A stretch of DNA of 64,000 nt from a bacterium (GTDB lineage: Bacteria; UBA10199; 2-02-FULL-44-16; JAAZCA01), in the NCBI GenBank assembly GCA_963674695.2, contig CAXXGI010000001.1, positions 928,001 to 992,000 on the forward strand, read 5' to 3'. The notes under the pieces are model-generated. The model saw only the letters and a program-made list of their open reading frames with translations. It ran no database searches and was not told the origin of the DNA. Each line of letters opens with the position of its first letter. The stretch's first letter is position 1. The position numbers and the translations under genes are program-made. Below are positions 26,607-37,315 of the stretch, piece after piece.

Positions 26607-28981
26607 TACTGTCCGATGATGACTTTGAGGATGTCGTCGGTGTCGTCGATCGTGGCGGACCCGGGGGCTGTGGGGAGCGGCGCGCGATATTCGGGTTGGC
26701 GTGCGGGTGGACGCACCCGTCGCTTCGGACGAGCAGCGCGTTTCGGAGCGGATTTTATTTCGGGCACACCCTTTGCGGGCGTCTCCGTCACGATCGTCCG
26801 AGGTTTTTCCACCTTCTTTTCAACCGGCTTCTCCGGCGCTGGCTCCTGTACGCGAATGAGCGTCGTTGCCTCCGCCGCGGCGGGTTTCTTGCGCGCATCG
26901 ATCGATGCGGCAAACGCCGCCGCGTTGAGCACGAGCTGCGGCTTTTCGATCGTCCCGGAAAGCAACATCGGCAGATCGAGGGCGCCCTCTCGGTCGAGCA
27001 GCACCCCCCTCTCCGTCGCATTTGGAAACAACGCGTGCGCGATCACCTTGGGCAGGCGTATCTCCCCCCTGCCCTCAACGTCGCCTTTCGCATCGATCGT
27101 CGCCGTCAATTCCGCCTGATAGCGCGCGTGCCGCCAAGAGAGTTCATCGACGCGAAGGAGATCGCCCTCCTGAGCGAACTGTGCCTCGAACCGCTCGAAC
27201 GCGCTGCCCGAATCCGTCAGGAGTTTCGCCTCGGCCGCATCGACCTCGGCCGATTCGCCAACGGCGAGCTCTTTCCAGAACGCGTCGGAGAAGAGCGCCT
27301 CTCCCAGCGCGAAGGCATCGAACGAACCCGACGGAATGGAAAGCGTCCCGGAAAAAGCCGCGCTCGATGCGAGCGTGACCGGATCATGACCGGAGGCGGT
27401 GAAGACGACCTCCATCGACGACTCGCCGGAGAGCACTCCGGCCAAGCGAGGAATGCGCGCGGCATCGACCTTGCCCAGCACCGCTTCGAAGTGCCAAGCC
27501 GCCTCCTCGCCCATAGCGATCGTGCCGTTGCCCGCGAAGACACCATCGGCATAGCGACCGCTCAACGTGGGGAAATGGATCTTCTCCTTCGTGACCTCCA
27601 GGCTTCCGCGCACCTCGTCCACGGCAACACCCACCACGCCCAGATGCGCGGCGGAAAAACTGCCGGTGAAGACGGATGGCGTCTGGGCATCCTGCGAACC
27701 GCTGAAGGTGAGCGCAACGTCGAGGCCTGTAGCCTCATCCGGAACGGCCAGGAGCGGAAAGAAATTCATCAGCGTATCCGCATCGAGTCCTGCACCCTCG
27801 ACGCGCGCCTCGTATGCGCGCGAACCCGTTCGCGCGATCGACCCCTCGACGTCGATGCGATTGTCCTCGAGGGAGATGCGCGCATCGTGCAGGGCAATCG
27901 TGTTCGCATCGACGACGCATTCGGCCTCGGCCTTGAGCCCGATGCCGGCGCGCTTGGAGAAGACATTCCCCATGCGGACATCGGCGCGCGTCGCATCGAG
28001 GTGCAAGGCGATGCGCCTGCCCTCGCGCGTTCCCGCAAGCGAGAGGTCACCGGCGACCGATCCCGTCCAGGTGAGATCCCCCGGCAACGCTCCCGCATAT
28101 TTCGGGAAGAGCGGTGCCAAGACCTCGGGGGTGAGCGATGCGGTGGCCAGATGGAGGTCATAGGTGACCGGATCGTTTTCAAAGGAGATGCTCGCGTCCG
28201 CACGCATCTGCGCGCCGGCGAGAAAGAGGCTCAGATCGTGCGTGGAGAGTCGGCGCACGGCACGATCATAGAGAACGGTTCCGGCAAGGCGCGCATTGGG
28301 TTCATCGCTCCCGGGAAGCGCCCCGACGATCTCGACATCGACACGGACCCCCTCGGCGACCGTGTGATTGCGACCGACAAAGGAGATATCTCCCATGACG
28401 AGCGGCTCATCGCGATCGGGCGCGTGGAGGATGAGCTGTCCCTTCGTTGCCGTAACGGAGCGAACGACGAGATGATCCGATTCTCCGGCGTCGGCAGAGG
28501 CATCCGGAGATGTCCCCTTCCCTCCGAAGAGCGCTTCGATATTGGTGGTGTCGTCCTGATGGAGGATCTCGACGGTCGGCTGCGTGAGGTTCACGGCGGT
28601 CACCACGCGACCGCGCAGGAGCGCAAAAAACTTGAGGCTTCCATCGATGTGCGGCACCGAAAGGATGCGACGCCCCTGAAAGGGGGCAGCGGTCGTAATG
28701 AGCGAGAACCCCTCGATGCGATATCCGGGCGTGGGCAACAGGCGCAGATGGAAGGAATCGATGGCGACGCGCGCCGCGAGTTGGCGAGAGAGCGTGCGCT
28801 CGACCCAACGCTGATAAGCGGGTGTGGGCACCAGGGCGGGCACGATCGCCGCCGCGACGAGCAGGAGCGCGATCGCGCCGAAGCCGACGATCAGGAACAG
28901 ACCCGCACGCCGAGGCCGTCGGCGCACGGAACGCTTCGGGCGCTTGGGCAGCGGAAATTTTCGTCGTGATGATCGTGCCAT
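26606..28981 (-). CDS. AsmA-family (bridge-like lipid transfer) protein
   Basis: N-terminal TM, beta-groove repeats, C-terminal LPMLLSGTIEKPQL motif. Confidence 0.75.
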   Translation of the reverse strand: MARSSRRKFPLPKRPKRSVRRRPRRAGLFLIVGFGAIALLLVAAAIVPALVPTPAYQRWVERTLSRQLAARVAIDSFHLRLLPTPGYRIEGFSLITTAAPFQGRRILSVPHIDGSLKFFALLRGRVVTAVNLTQPTVEILHQDDTTNIEALFGGKGTSPDASADAGESDHLVVRSVTATKGQLILHAPDRDEPLVMGDISFVGRNHTVAEGVRVDVEIVGALPGSDEPNARLAGTVLYDRAVRRLSTHDLSLFLAGAQMRADASISFENDPVTYDLHLATASLTPEVLAPLFPKYAGALPGDLTWTGSVAGDLSLAGTREGRRIALHLDATRADVRMGNVFSKRAGIGLKAEAECVVDANTIALHDARISLEDNRIDVEGSIARTGSRAYEARVEGAGLDADTLMNFFPLLAVPDEATGLDVALTFSGSQDAQTPSVFTGSFSAAHLGVVGVAVDEVRGSLEVTKEKIHFPTLSGRYADGVFAGNGTIAMGEEAAWHFEAVLGKVDAARIPRLAGVLSGESSMEVVFTASGHDPVTLASSAAFSGTLSIPSGSFDAFALGEALFSDAFWKELAVGESAEVDAAEAKLLTDSGSAFERFEAQFAQEGDLLRVDELSWRHARYQAELTATIDAKGDVEGRGEIRLPKVIAHALFPNATERGVLLDREGALDLPMLLSGTIEKPQLVLNAAAFAASIDARKKPAAAEATTLIRVQEPAPEKPVEKKVEKPRTIVTETPAKGVPEIKSAPKRAARPKRRVRPPARQPEYRAPLPTAPGSATIDDTDDILKVIIGQ

Positions 28982-29017
28982 ATAAGGATATCAAGTGCAG
29001 CCGAATGATGGGCGCGT

Positions 29018-29168
29018 GAGGGTGATGACAAACCCTGCTGTTGTCATCCCCGCGAAAGCAGCCTGCCCGCCGGTTGTGTGGCGGGGGGATCTCGACGTGC
29101 CCTGACAATCGAGATTCCCGCTTACCCCCGCGGGAATGACAGCGCGAGAGGGGTTTGTCAGCCATCTC
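29018..29168. mobile_element. MITE-like element wrapping a REP core
   Basis: Ends gagggtgatgacaaaccc / gggtttgtcagccatctc; internal REP with the 24-bp insert at 29062-29085. Confidence 0.75.
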
Positions 29169-29177
29169 ACGCGTCCA

Positions 29178-29489
29178 TCAATGATGAACCTGTTTTTTGA
29201 TTTCCTCCAGCCACTGCATCACCAGGTCGTGAACCCGCTTCTCCAGGCCCTCGGGAAACTGCTGCGTGCGCAGGACCTGCATGAAGGCGTCGAGTGCCTC
29301 GCGTGTCTCGCCAACGTTAAGGGCATCTTCGCTGTCGCGCTCGAGTTCATCGCGATAGCGAAGTGCGGTCTCCACGAGCATGGCGAACATGGCCCGGGCG
29401 CCCTCGTCGGCGTCCTTAAAGTGTTCGGCCACACGGTCGAAAAGGTCCTGAATGTCCTGTTTATCGATGGAGGAATTGTCGATCGTCAT
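29178..29489 (-). CDS. Hypothetical helical protein (103 aa)
   Basis: Clean acidic helical ORF starting MTIDNSSIDK; divergent from tmk. Confidence 0.6.
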   Translation of the reverse strand: MTIDNSSIDKQDIQDLFDRVAEHFKDADEGARAMFAMLVETALRYRDELERDSEDALNVGETREALDAFMQVLRTQQFPEGLEKRVHDLVMQWLEEIKKQVHH

Positions 29490-29586
29490 ACAAAAGGGTG
29501 TGCCATGGGCATGGCGACCCTGCAACCCCAATTCCCGTCAAAAGTTCCCCCTTGCGGCACCGCGGGCGATCCGCTATCGAAGCCCC

Positions 29587-30243
29587 ATGGCGAAGATGTT
29601 CATCACATTCGAGGGGATCGAGGGGTGCGGCAAGACGACGCAGATTCGCCTCTTGGCCGAGGCCCTGCGCGCCGCCCACCAGGAGATGGTGCTCACGCGC
29701 GAACCGGGCGGAACCATCATCGGCGAACAGATCCGCAAGGTCTTGATGGATGCCAGCCATCGGGAGATGACGCCGCTGGCCGAGCTCCTGCTCTATGAGG
29801 CCGCGCGCCACCAGCACGTCGTCGAGGTGATCGAACCCGCGCTTGCCGCCGACCGCATCGTCCTCTGCGATCGTTTTTTCGATTCGACGACGGCCTATCA
29901 GGGCGCGGCCAGGTACCTCGATGCCGATCTCATCGTCCAGCTCAACCGCATCGCCACGGATGGACGCCGGCCGGACCTGACGATCCTCTTGGACTGCCCG
30001 GTCGAGGAAGGGCTCGCGCGCGCACGGCACCGCAACGAACGCGATGCAACCGACGGCGCCGAGGACCGCTTCGAACGCGAGGAACTCGATTTTCACCGGC
30101 GCGTGCGCGAAGGATTTCTCGCGATCGCCCAGGCCGAACCGGAACGCGTCGCCGTCGTACCGCTCGCGGAGAGCATCGATACGACCCACAAACGCATCTT
30201 GCAGATCGTGGAAGAAAAACTGAATTCTTGTCGTAACTCGTAA
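29587..30243 (+). CDS. tmk: Thymidylate kinase
   Basis: FITFEGIEGCGKTTQ, TREPGGT, CDRFFDSTTAYQG, DRFERE. Confidence 0.97.
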   Translation: MAKMFITFEGIEGCGKTTQIRLLAEALRAAHQEMVLTREPGGTIIGEQIRKVLMDASHREMTPLAELLLYEAARHQHVVEVIEPALAADRIVLCDRFFDSTTAYQGAARYLDADLIVQLNRIATDGRRPDLTILLDCPVEEGLARARHRNERDATDGAEDRFEREELDFHRRVREGFLAIAQAEPERVAVVPLAESIDTTHKRILQIVEEKLNSCRNS

Positions 30244-30260
30244 CGCGGACAGCGTTCTTT

Positions 30261-30355
30261 CGAGTCACGAGTAACGAGTAACGAGTAACGAGTCACGAGT
30301 CACGAGTAACGAGTAACGAGTAACGAGTAACGAGTAACGAGTAACGGGTAACGAG
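30261..30355 (+). repeat. Heptamer tandem array (CGAGTAA/CGAGTCA, about 13 units)
   Basis: Runs directly into the holB ATG at 30356. Confidence 0.9.
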
Positions 30356-31339
30356 ATGTTCTCAACCATCATCAGCCATGAACGCCAGATCGATGCGCTC
30401 AAACGCGCGCTCGAGCGAGAGCGTCTGCCCAACGCCTATCTCTTCACGGGTCTGCGCGGAGTCGGCAAACGGCGTACGGCCGATGCGCTCGCAGCAGCGA
30501 TCGCCTGTGCGCAGGCGAATGCCCCCGCCTGGGAGGCCTGTGCGACGTGCCCCAGCTGCCGCAAGCGCGAGAACGGATCCCATCCGGACCTCTTCGTCAT
30601 CACCCCCGAGGTCTCCGAGCGCGTGGGTTTTAAGAGCATCAAGATCGAAGGGGTGCGCACCCTGCAGGGGCGATTGCAATATCACGCCCTGGAGGCCAAG
30701 GCCAAACTCGCGATCATCGACGAGGCCGACTGCATGATCCCCGCTGCGGCCAACGCGATGCTCAAGATCCTGGAAGAACCGCCACCGGCGACGCACTTCA
30801 TCCTGATTTCATCGATGCCGCATCGACTGCTGCCGACGATCCGTTCGCGCTGCCGCGAACTGCGTTTCGAGCCGATCCCGGATGCCGCCATCGCCCAGGC
30901 CTTGATGGACCAGCGGGGGTTGGGCGATCTGGACGCCACGCGCATCGCACGCCTGGCCGGCGGAAGTTTGGGGCAGGCGCTGGCCCTGGACCCGGAGCTG
31001 GTCGACGACGTCCTGGGGCGCTTTTTCGCCCTCATCCGCCGGGGAAGTGCGGCCGACATCCTCGAGACGGCCCAGGCCTGGGCGGGGCAGGATGCAGAGC
31101 GAACGGCCCTCACCTTCGACCTGATCGCCAGCGTCCTGGGCGATCTGCTGCGTACGCACGCCACCGGCACGCGCGGAGCGCTCATCCATCCCGAGGCACA
31201 CGACGCGGCAAGCGCCTGGACGGAACGCCAAGCCCAAGGAGCATTCGAGGCCGTGGAGCGCGCTCGCCGCGCGTCATCGACCACCGCAAATAAACAGTTG
31301 ATGTTTGAGGAGCTTCTGTTTACGCTCGCTGGTCGATAA
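30356..31339 (+). CDS. holB: DNA polymerase III delta-prime subunit
   Basis: AYLFTGLRGVGK, CATCPSC, HPD, ANAMLKILEEPP, LLPTIRSRC; follows tmk. Confidence 0.95.
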   Translation: MFSTIISHERQIDALKRALERERLPNAYLFTGLRGVGKRRTADALAAAIACAQANAPAWEACATCPSCRKRENGSHPDLFVITPEVSERVGFKSIKIEGVRTLQGRLQYHALEAKAKLAIIDEADCMIPAAANAMLKILEEPPPATHFILISSMPHRLLPTIRSRCRELRFEPIPDAAIAQALMDQRGLGDLDATRIARLAGGSLGQALALDPELVDDVLGRFFALIRRGSAADILETAQAWAGQDAERTALTFDLIASVLGDLLRTHATGTRGALIHPEAHDAASAWTERQAQGAFEAVERARRASSTTANKQLMFEELLFTLAGR

Positions 31340-31389
31340 AACCCTTGTGAATACGGCGTTTGCGGACTGCCCGCGCCGATACCCAAACC

Positions 31390-32418
31390 ATGACCGATCA
31401 ACCACACGAAAAAGAGATCGTCCCCGCCCATAAGCCTCCGGATGGGCACCCGCCCGCCACGCTCGCCGTCGGCGTCCAGTTTCAGACCGCGGGAAAGATC
31501 TACACCTTCACGACCACCGACCCGGAACTCGCCCTCGGCACCGCGGTCATGGTCGAGAGCGATCGCGGTGCCGCCCTCGGGACGATATCGCGCGCCTCCT
31601 ATGCCACGCCTGAGGCGAAGCTCCCCCGCGGAGTCAAGCGGGTCCTGCGACGCGCCTCGCCTGAAGAGATCGATGCGGACTATCAGCACCGGGAAGAGGC
31701 GATGGGGTTCATGGGCATCTGCAACGAGCGCATCCGAAAATACAATCTCGAGATGAAGCTCCTCGATGCGCAGCTCGAGGAGAACGGGCGCAAGGTGGTC
31801 TTCCTCTTCTTCTCCGAACAACGCATCGACTTTCGCAGCCTGGTCAAGGATCTGGCCGCGACGCTCAAGAAACGCATCGAAATGCGCCAGGTCGGTGCGC
31901 GCGACGAGGCCAAGGCCACCGGTTGCATGGGCTCCTGTGGCATGACCACCTGCTGCTCGACGCACCTGCGTCAGTTCCAGTCGATCTCGATCGCGATGGC
32001 CAAGCATCAGGGGCTCTCGCCCAATCCCGCAAAGCTCACCGGCATGTGTGGCAAGCTCAAGTGTTGCCTGGCCTATGAACATGCGGTCTATGCCGAATAC
32101 CGCCAGGGGCTGCCCAAGATCGGCGCCGCCGTCGAAACCCCGAAGGGGGCCGGTCGCATCATCGGACACAGCGTGCTCAAGCGCGAATGCGTCGTGCGCC
32201 TCTATGGCGGCGCCGGTGAAATGCGCTGTCCTTGTGAACAATGCAAAGTGCTCAGCCAGGAGGAACGCGAAGCGGCGATCACCTCCGCCCGCGAGAACAA
32301 AGCCGCCGCCGATGCACGCACGCGCGAACGCGCGTCGGAACGCGCGCGCAAGCGCAAGGGGGGCGCGCGCACCGAACGCAAGGATCGCCCCGTCAGAAAG
32401 AAAAGTCCGGATCTATGA
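31390..32418 (+). CDS. ricT: PSP1-domain protein RicT/YaaT
   Basis: RIDFRSLVKDL, RIEMRQVGARDEAK, CG...CC, LTGMCGKLKCCLAYE. Confidence 0.9.
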   Translation: MTDQPHEKEIVPAHKPPDGHPPATLAVGVQFQTAGKIYTFTTTDPELALGTAVMVESDRGAALGTISRASYATPEAKLPRGVKRVLRRASPEEIDADYQHREEAMGFMGICNERIRKYNLEMKLLDAQLEENGRKVVFLFFSEQRIDFRSLVKDLAATLKKRIEMRQVGARDEAKATGCMGSCGMTTCCSTHLRQFQSISIAMAKHQGLSPNPAKLTGMCGKLKCCLAYEHAVYAEYRQGLPKIGAAVETPKGAGRIIGHSVLKRECVVRLYGGAGEMRCPCEQCKVLSQEEREAAITSARENKAAADARTRERASERARKRKGGARTERKDRPVRKKSPDL

Positions 32419-34367
32419 GCAAACCATTCTACATCACCACGGCCATCGATTACGTCAACTCCACGCCGCATATCGGCACCGCCTATGAAAAGATCGGCGC
32501 CGACGCCCTGGCGCGCTGGCACCGCCTGCGCGGAGAAGACGTCCACCTCCAGATGGGCAACGACGAACATTCGGTCAACGTGCGCAAAGCCGCCATCGCC
32601 AAGGAGATGGAACCAAAACCCTATTGCGACGAGATGCGCACCCACTTCGAGAAGGTCTGGCAAAGTCTCGAGATCTCCTACGATGGCTTCATCCAGACCA
32701 CCGACCCGCACCATGAGAAGGGCGTGCAGACCTTTCTCGCGCGCATCATGGAGACGGGCGACATCTATAAGAAACGATACGAGGGATGGTACTGCGAATC
32801 CTGCGAGGCCTTTCTCACCGAGAAGGATTTGGCCGACGGACTGTGCCCGAATCATAAGTCGAAACCGCAATGGCTCTCCGAGGAGAATTATTTCTTTCGG
32901 CTCTCGAACTATCGCGACAAACTCCTCGCCCATATCGAATCGCATCCGGAATTCATCCTGCCCGAGACACGCCGCAACGAGATCGTGAATTTTTTAAAGG
33001 AAGGCCTCGACGACATCTCGGTCTCGCGCGCCTCGGTCGACTGGGGCATCCCGGTGCCGAACGATCCGGATCATGTCGTCTACGTCTGGTTCGATGCGCT
33101 CATCAACTATATCACGGCCATCGGCTACGGCTGGGACGATGCGCTCTTCGCAAAGTGGTGGCCCGCCGACATGCACGTCATCGGCAAGGACATCACGCGC
33201 TTTCACTGCATCATCTGGCCCGCCATGCTCATGAGCGCGGGGCTCGAACTGCCCCGCACCATCTTCGGGCATGGGTTTGTCTCGCTCAAGGGCGAGAAGA
33301 TGAGCAAGACGCTCGGCAACGTCGTCACGCCACTCGACGTGATCGATGCCTATGGCGCCGACCCCCTGCGCTTCTACCTCCTGCGCGAAGGCGGCTTCGG
33401 TCGCGACAGCGATTTTACCTGGGAGCACTTCATCGAACGCTACAACGGCGATCTGGCCAACGGCATCGGCAACCTCGTGGCGCGCACGATCGGCATGGCC
33501 GACCGCTATCAGGAGGGCGTCATTCGTCCACCGAAGACCATCGACCCCGCGTTGGAGTTGGCCCAGATGAGCACCGCCCTTCCCGGGCGCGTGGCCGAGG
33601 CACTCGATGCAAACTCTGGCGAGATCGCGTTTCACACCGCGCTGGCCAACATGTGGGAGGTGATCGCCGTTGCTGACCGGTATGTGAACGACACCAAACC
33701 CTGGGTCCTGGCCAAGGCGGAAAAATTCGATGAGATCAACACGGTCCTGTGGAACATCGCCTCATCCGTACGCGTCGTAGCGATCCTGCTCGCCCCCTTC
33801 ATGCCCGCAACCGCGAAGAAGATCTGGGAGACGATGGGGCTTTCGGCACTCGGTGCGTTCGATGCGCAAACCCTTGCCGATGCACACAAACCCTGGGGCG
33901 TGTTGGACAGACCGATCACGGTCGTCAAAGCCGAGGGCCTCTTTCCGCGGATCGAGGCAACCGACGAAGGACGAGGGACGAAGGACGAAGGACGAAACAA
34001 CACGAAGGAGAAAAAACAAATGGAAGAGATCAAGCCGGGCGTGGCCCTTTTGGACATCGCCGACTTTGCCAAGGTCGAGCTGCGCGTCGCGCAAGTTTTG
34101 GAAGCCGAACGCGTCGAGAAGACCGACAAGCTCCTCAAGCTCAAGGTGACCCTCGGGGAAGAGGAGCGCCAGATCGTCGCGGGCATCGCGCAGCACTATG
34201 CGCCCGAGGAACTCGTCGGCAAGAAGATCGTCATCGTTGCGAACCTCAAACCCGCGAAACTGCGCGGCATCGAATCGCAGGGGATGCTGCTGGCCGCCTC
34301 CGACGAGGAGACCGTCTCCATCCTCACGCCCCTCAAAGACGTCGCCGTCGGCTCGAAAGTGAAGTGA
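32415..34367 (+). CDS. metG: Methionine--tRNA ligase with C-terminal tRNA-binding domain
   Basis: YITTAIDY, HIGTAY, YVWFDAL, GKDITRFH, KMSKT; C-terminal NLKPAKLRGIESQGM. Confidence 0.97.
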   Translation: MSKPFYITTAIDYVNSTPHIGTAYEKIGADALARWHRLRGEDVHLQMGNDEHSVNVRKAAIAKEMEPKPYCDEMRTHFEKVWQSLEISYDGFIQTTDPHHEKGVQTFLARIMETGDIYKKRYEGWYCESCEAFLTEKDLADGLCPNHKSKPQWLSEENYFFRLSNYRDKLLAHIESHPEFILPETRRNEIVNFLKEGLDDISVSRASVDWGIPVPNDPDHVVYVWFDALINYITAIGYGWDDALFAKWWPADMHVIGKDITRFHCIIWPAMLMSAGLELPRTIFGHGFVSLKGEKMSKTLGNVVTPLDVIDAYGADPLRFYLLREGGFGRDSDFTWEHFIERYNGDLANGIGNLVARTIGMADRYQEGVIRPPKTIDPALELAQMSTALPGRVAEALDANSGEIAFHTALANMWEVIAVADRYVNDTKPWVLAKAEKFDEINTVLWNIASSVRVVAILLAPFMPATAKKIWETMGLSALGAFDAQTLADAHKPWGVLDRPITVVKAEGLFPRIEATDEGRGTKDEGRNNTKEKKQMEEIKPGVALLDIADFAKVELRVAQVLEAERVEKTDKLLKLKVTLGEEERQIVAGIAQHYAPEELVGKKIVIVANLKPAKLRGIESQGMLLAASDEETVSILTPLKDVAVGSKVK

Positions 34368-37272
34368 CGCGCACTGCCCGTCTCCTCCCGATCCATACCA
34401 GCAGGGAAAGCAGGATGATCGCAAACGCCATCCATCCTTCCGCCCCGGCCTGCGCGCCCTCGATCAGCGTACACCCTCCGCCCGATGCCGATTCCGCGTC
34501 GCTGCCCTGAATATCGTCCTCCTGTCCCGAGGTGAGTTCAACCGGCGCATCGACGATGGTGACGCCATCGCCGTCGACGGTCGTGAAGACCTCGACGCTC
34601 ACCGGCACATCGCCGACACCTTCGGGAACGCCATCGGCCGTAAAGGAATAGGTCTCGTAGGCGACACCGTCGATCACCTCCGCCTCCGCCTCCTCATCCT
34701 GAAGCGTCACGGTCGCAACGACGGTCCCGTTGATGATAACGACCGGCCAGATGGGAGACTTGAGCGTCCCGACGATCGAGAGCGTCCCGTCCTCGGCGTA
34801 CGTCCACAACGTGACCGTCAGCTCCAGATCATCGGAGTCGACCTCCGGAACGGGGACGGAGACGACGATCTCCTCGACGGCCTCGCCGCCGAATCCATCG
34901 TCGACCGAGACGGTGACGGTGAGCGCTCCGGCCATGCGCAGCCGCAGCGCACTGGAACCCGACGTCGTGGAGGTAAACCCTGCGCGATCGGCGTCGGAGA
35001 CATCCACCGCCCAGGAGTAGGCCAGCGAATCCCCATCGTCGTCGACGAAGACCGCCTGGATATCGAGCTCGCTCAGGAACTGCGATAGAACGAACGTCCC
35101 GTCGTCGGCGACGACCGCCCCCTCGACGACGATGTCATCAGCTCCATCCAGGTACGGCGCGTGGTTCGGAATGACCACCTCCACCAACTCCGAGCGCGTC
35201 GTGCTGATGCCGTCGTCGGCGACGAGCTGGACATAATAGGTTCCGCGCTTGGGGGGATCGCTGACGATGTCGATCTCGCCTTCAGCGGAGATGGTGAGCG
35301 CGCCCGGCCCGCTGATCGTCTCCCAGCTGACGGCGGTGGTCACATCCTCATCGTCGGTCACCGCCCAGCTCGGCAGTTGGCATGCGCTCCCCAACACACA
35401 GGTCACGACTTGCCCCGCCGCATCGGCTATCGACGGCGCGACGTAGGTCGAGCTGACGGTGATGCTGACGGTCGCTGCGGCGCTTGCCTGAACCCCGTCG
35501 TCGACCGTGAACGTGAAGGCATCGGATCCGAAGTAATCGGCCGTGGGCGTATAGATGAGATCCGGCGCCACACCGCTCAAGACGCCGTGCGTCGGGTCAC
35601 TCGCAACGGCGAAGGTGAGAACCTCATCGTCCGGGTCCGAACCGGCCAGCGTGATTGCAACCGCGGCATCCTCGTCGGTCGTCACCGACTGCGGCGTCGC
35701 GGTCGGCTTCGCGTTCACCCCCACGCTGCGATCGTCGGTCGCCTGCTCCGTTTCGTCGTCGCAGGTAAGCCGAAAGACGAGCGTCTCGTTGGCGGAGACC
35801 TCCGGCGTACAGGAGGCCTCGACCGTCACGGAGCTGTTGCCGCTGGCCTTGCTCCCGACGACGTCCCCGGTCAGACCGCAGTCGGTCCCCGAGACCTGTA
35901 GCCACCAGCCGGTCAGCGTATCGGCGGCATCGGCATCGGTGCACGTTCCCGAGAGCGTATAGGCCACGCCATCGGGTTGATCCGTTGCATCGTCATCCGC
36001 ATCCGCCACGGGCACCGCGTTTGGCGGAGGGTTGTAGAAGATGTACGCAGCGCCGGCGTTATCGCCGCCCACGTTGTCGTCCTGATAGGAACCGACGAGG
36101 GCATATTGCCCTGAATCGGTAATGGCCACGCTGTTGCCGAAGAAGTCCTGATTCCCGAGCCCGCCCTCCTGTTCGGTGGCCTGAAGCTTGGTCACCTGGA
36201 CCCAGGTTCCGGCATCGAGCGTGAAGGTCGTGGCATATCCCGTATCCGCCCGCGCGGCGGAGATGGTGGCGCCGACGACGGCGTGGTCACCAGCGATGGC
36301 CACGCTCGCACCGAAGTAATCCAGTGAATCCAGTTCACCCTGGAGCTTCTGCATCTGCGCCCAGGTTCCCTCGACGTCGCGCTCGAAGACATAGGCGGCG
36401 CCGTGATCGGTACCGGAGCCAAAGCCATCCCCCTCCTCCATGATGGCCCCGACGATGGCGTGATCGCCGGAGATCGCCACGCTCCCCCCGAAGCGATCGC
36501 TATCGGCGAGGTCGTCCGGCTCGATCTTCGCCACCTGGTTCCAGCTCTCCCCCGCGCGCTCGAAGATGTAGGCCTGGCCTCGGCTGCTGTCGCCCTGATC
36601 CTTCGTTCCGACGATCGCATAGTCGCCGGAGATGCTTACGCTCGTTCCAAAATAGAGGATCGCAGCGGGATCGGAGGCGTGGAGCTTGGCCTGCTGCGCC
36701 CAGCTCTCCCCCGTGCGCGTGAAGATATAGGCGGAGCCGGAGACATTGAAGGTGTCGTCGTCGCGCTCCGCACCGATGATGGCGTAGTCGCCGGAGATCG
36801 CGACGCTGATGCCAAAATCGTCGCTGCCGGCGATGTCGTCGGAGACAATTTTTTGTTGCTCGCTCCAGACATCCCCGTCGCGCATGAAGATATAGGCGGC
36901 CCCGCGGCCGCTCATCTTATAGGCACCCACGATCGCGTAGTCGCCGTCGATCGCGACACTCCAGCCGAAACTTTCGGTATTGGCCAGATCGCCGTCGCTC
37001 GCGGTCAGTTGCTGGATCTGCGTCCAGCCCTCGGCCTGTGTCCACTTGAAGATGTAGGCCGAGCCGATGTCGGTGTGCACGCCGTCCTGGCCGGGCGCCC
37101 CCACGATCGCGTAGTCGCCGGAGATCGCAACGCTTTCAGCAAAGAGGTCGTTCGCTGCCCCGTCGTCGGGAAGGAGCATGCCCAGTTCGGAGAAATCGGC
37201 ATGGGACGTGGTGGCAAGCAGAACGACCGATGCCACGACGCCGAGAAAGAGCCCCCACTTGTTGTAGCGCAT
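34333..37272 (-). CDS. Surface protein: FG-GAP beta-propeller plus Ig/cadherin-like domains, C-terminal sorting signal
   Basis: About 7 FGxSVAISGDYAIVGA repeats; TDEDAAVAITLAGSDPD Big_9-like domain; ends SGGGCTL-TM-RRR. Confidence 0.88.
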   Translation of the reverse strand: MRYNKWGLFLGVVASVVLLATTSHADFSELGMLLPDDGAANDLFAESVAISGDYAIVGAPGQDGVHTDIGSAYIFKWTQAEGWTQIQQLTASDGDLANTESFGWSVAIDGDYAIVGAYKMSGRGAAYIFMRDGDVWSEQQKIVSDDIAGSDDFGISVAISGDYAIIGAERDDDTFNVSGSAYIFTRTGESWAQQAKLHASDPAAILYFGTSVSISGDYAIVGTKDQGDSSRGQAYIFERAGESWNQVAKIEPDDLADSDRFGGSVAISGDHAIVGAIMEEGDGFGSGTDHGAAYVFERDVEGTWAQMQKLQGELDSLDYFGASVAIAGDHAVVGATISAARADTGYATTFTLDAGTWVQVTKLQATEQEGGLGNQDFFGNSVAITDSGQYALVGSYQDDNVGGDNAGAAYIFYNPPPNAVPVADADDDATDQPDGVAYTLSGTCTDADAADTLTGWWLQVSGTDCGLTGDVVGSKASGNSSVTVEASCTPEVSANETLVFRLTCDDETEQATDDRSVGVNAKPTATPQSVTTDEDAAVAITLAGSDPDDEVLTFAVASDPTHGVLSGVAPDLIYTPTADYFGSDAFTFTVDDGVQASAAATVSITVSSTYVAPSIADAAGQVVTCVLGSACQLPSWAVTDDEDVTTAVSWETISGPGALTISAEGEIDIVSDPPKRGTYYVQLVADDGISTTRSELVEVVIPNHAPYLDGADDIVVEGAVVADDGTFVLSQFLSELDIQAVFVDDDGDSLAYSWAVDVSDADRAGFTSTTSGSSALRLRMAGALTVTVSVDDGFGGEAVEEIVVSVPVPEVDSDDLELTVTLWTYAEDGTLSIVGTLKSPIWPVVIINGTVVATVTLQDEEAEAEVIDGVAYETYSFTADGVPEGVGDVPVSVEVFTTVDGDGVTIVDAPVELTSGQEDDIQGSDAESASGGGCTLIEGAQAGAEGWMAFAIILLSLLVWIGRRRAVRVTSLSSRRRRL

Positions 37273-37298
37273 AATCCCCCCCTCCTCGCGGAGAAATA

Positions 37299-37315
37299 TG
37301 CACCGAACATGCCAG
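37299..37315 (-). promoter_or_regulatory. Candidate sigma54 promoter
   Basis: Minus strand CTGGCATGTTCGGTGCA (GG-N10-GC), 27 bp before the FG-GAP start; AT-rich DNA upstream. Confidence 0.55.

Noticed and set aside
26537-28969. Long antisense ORFs (810 aa here; also 54414-56765, 23870-25441, 49402-50862)
   Set aside because: They are shadows of real genes in high-GC DNA, with no motifs.
34333-34367. 35-bp convergent overlap of metG and the FG-GAP gene
   Set aside because: Short tail-to-tail overlaps are common; it only extends a basic tail.
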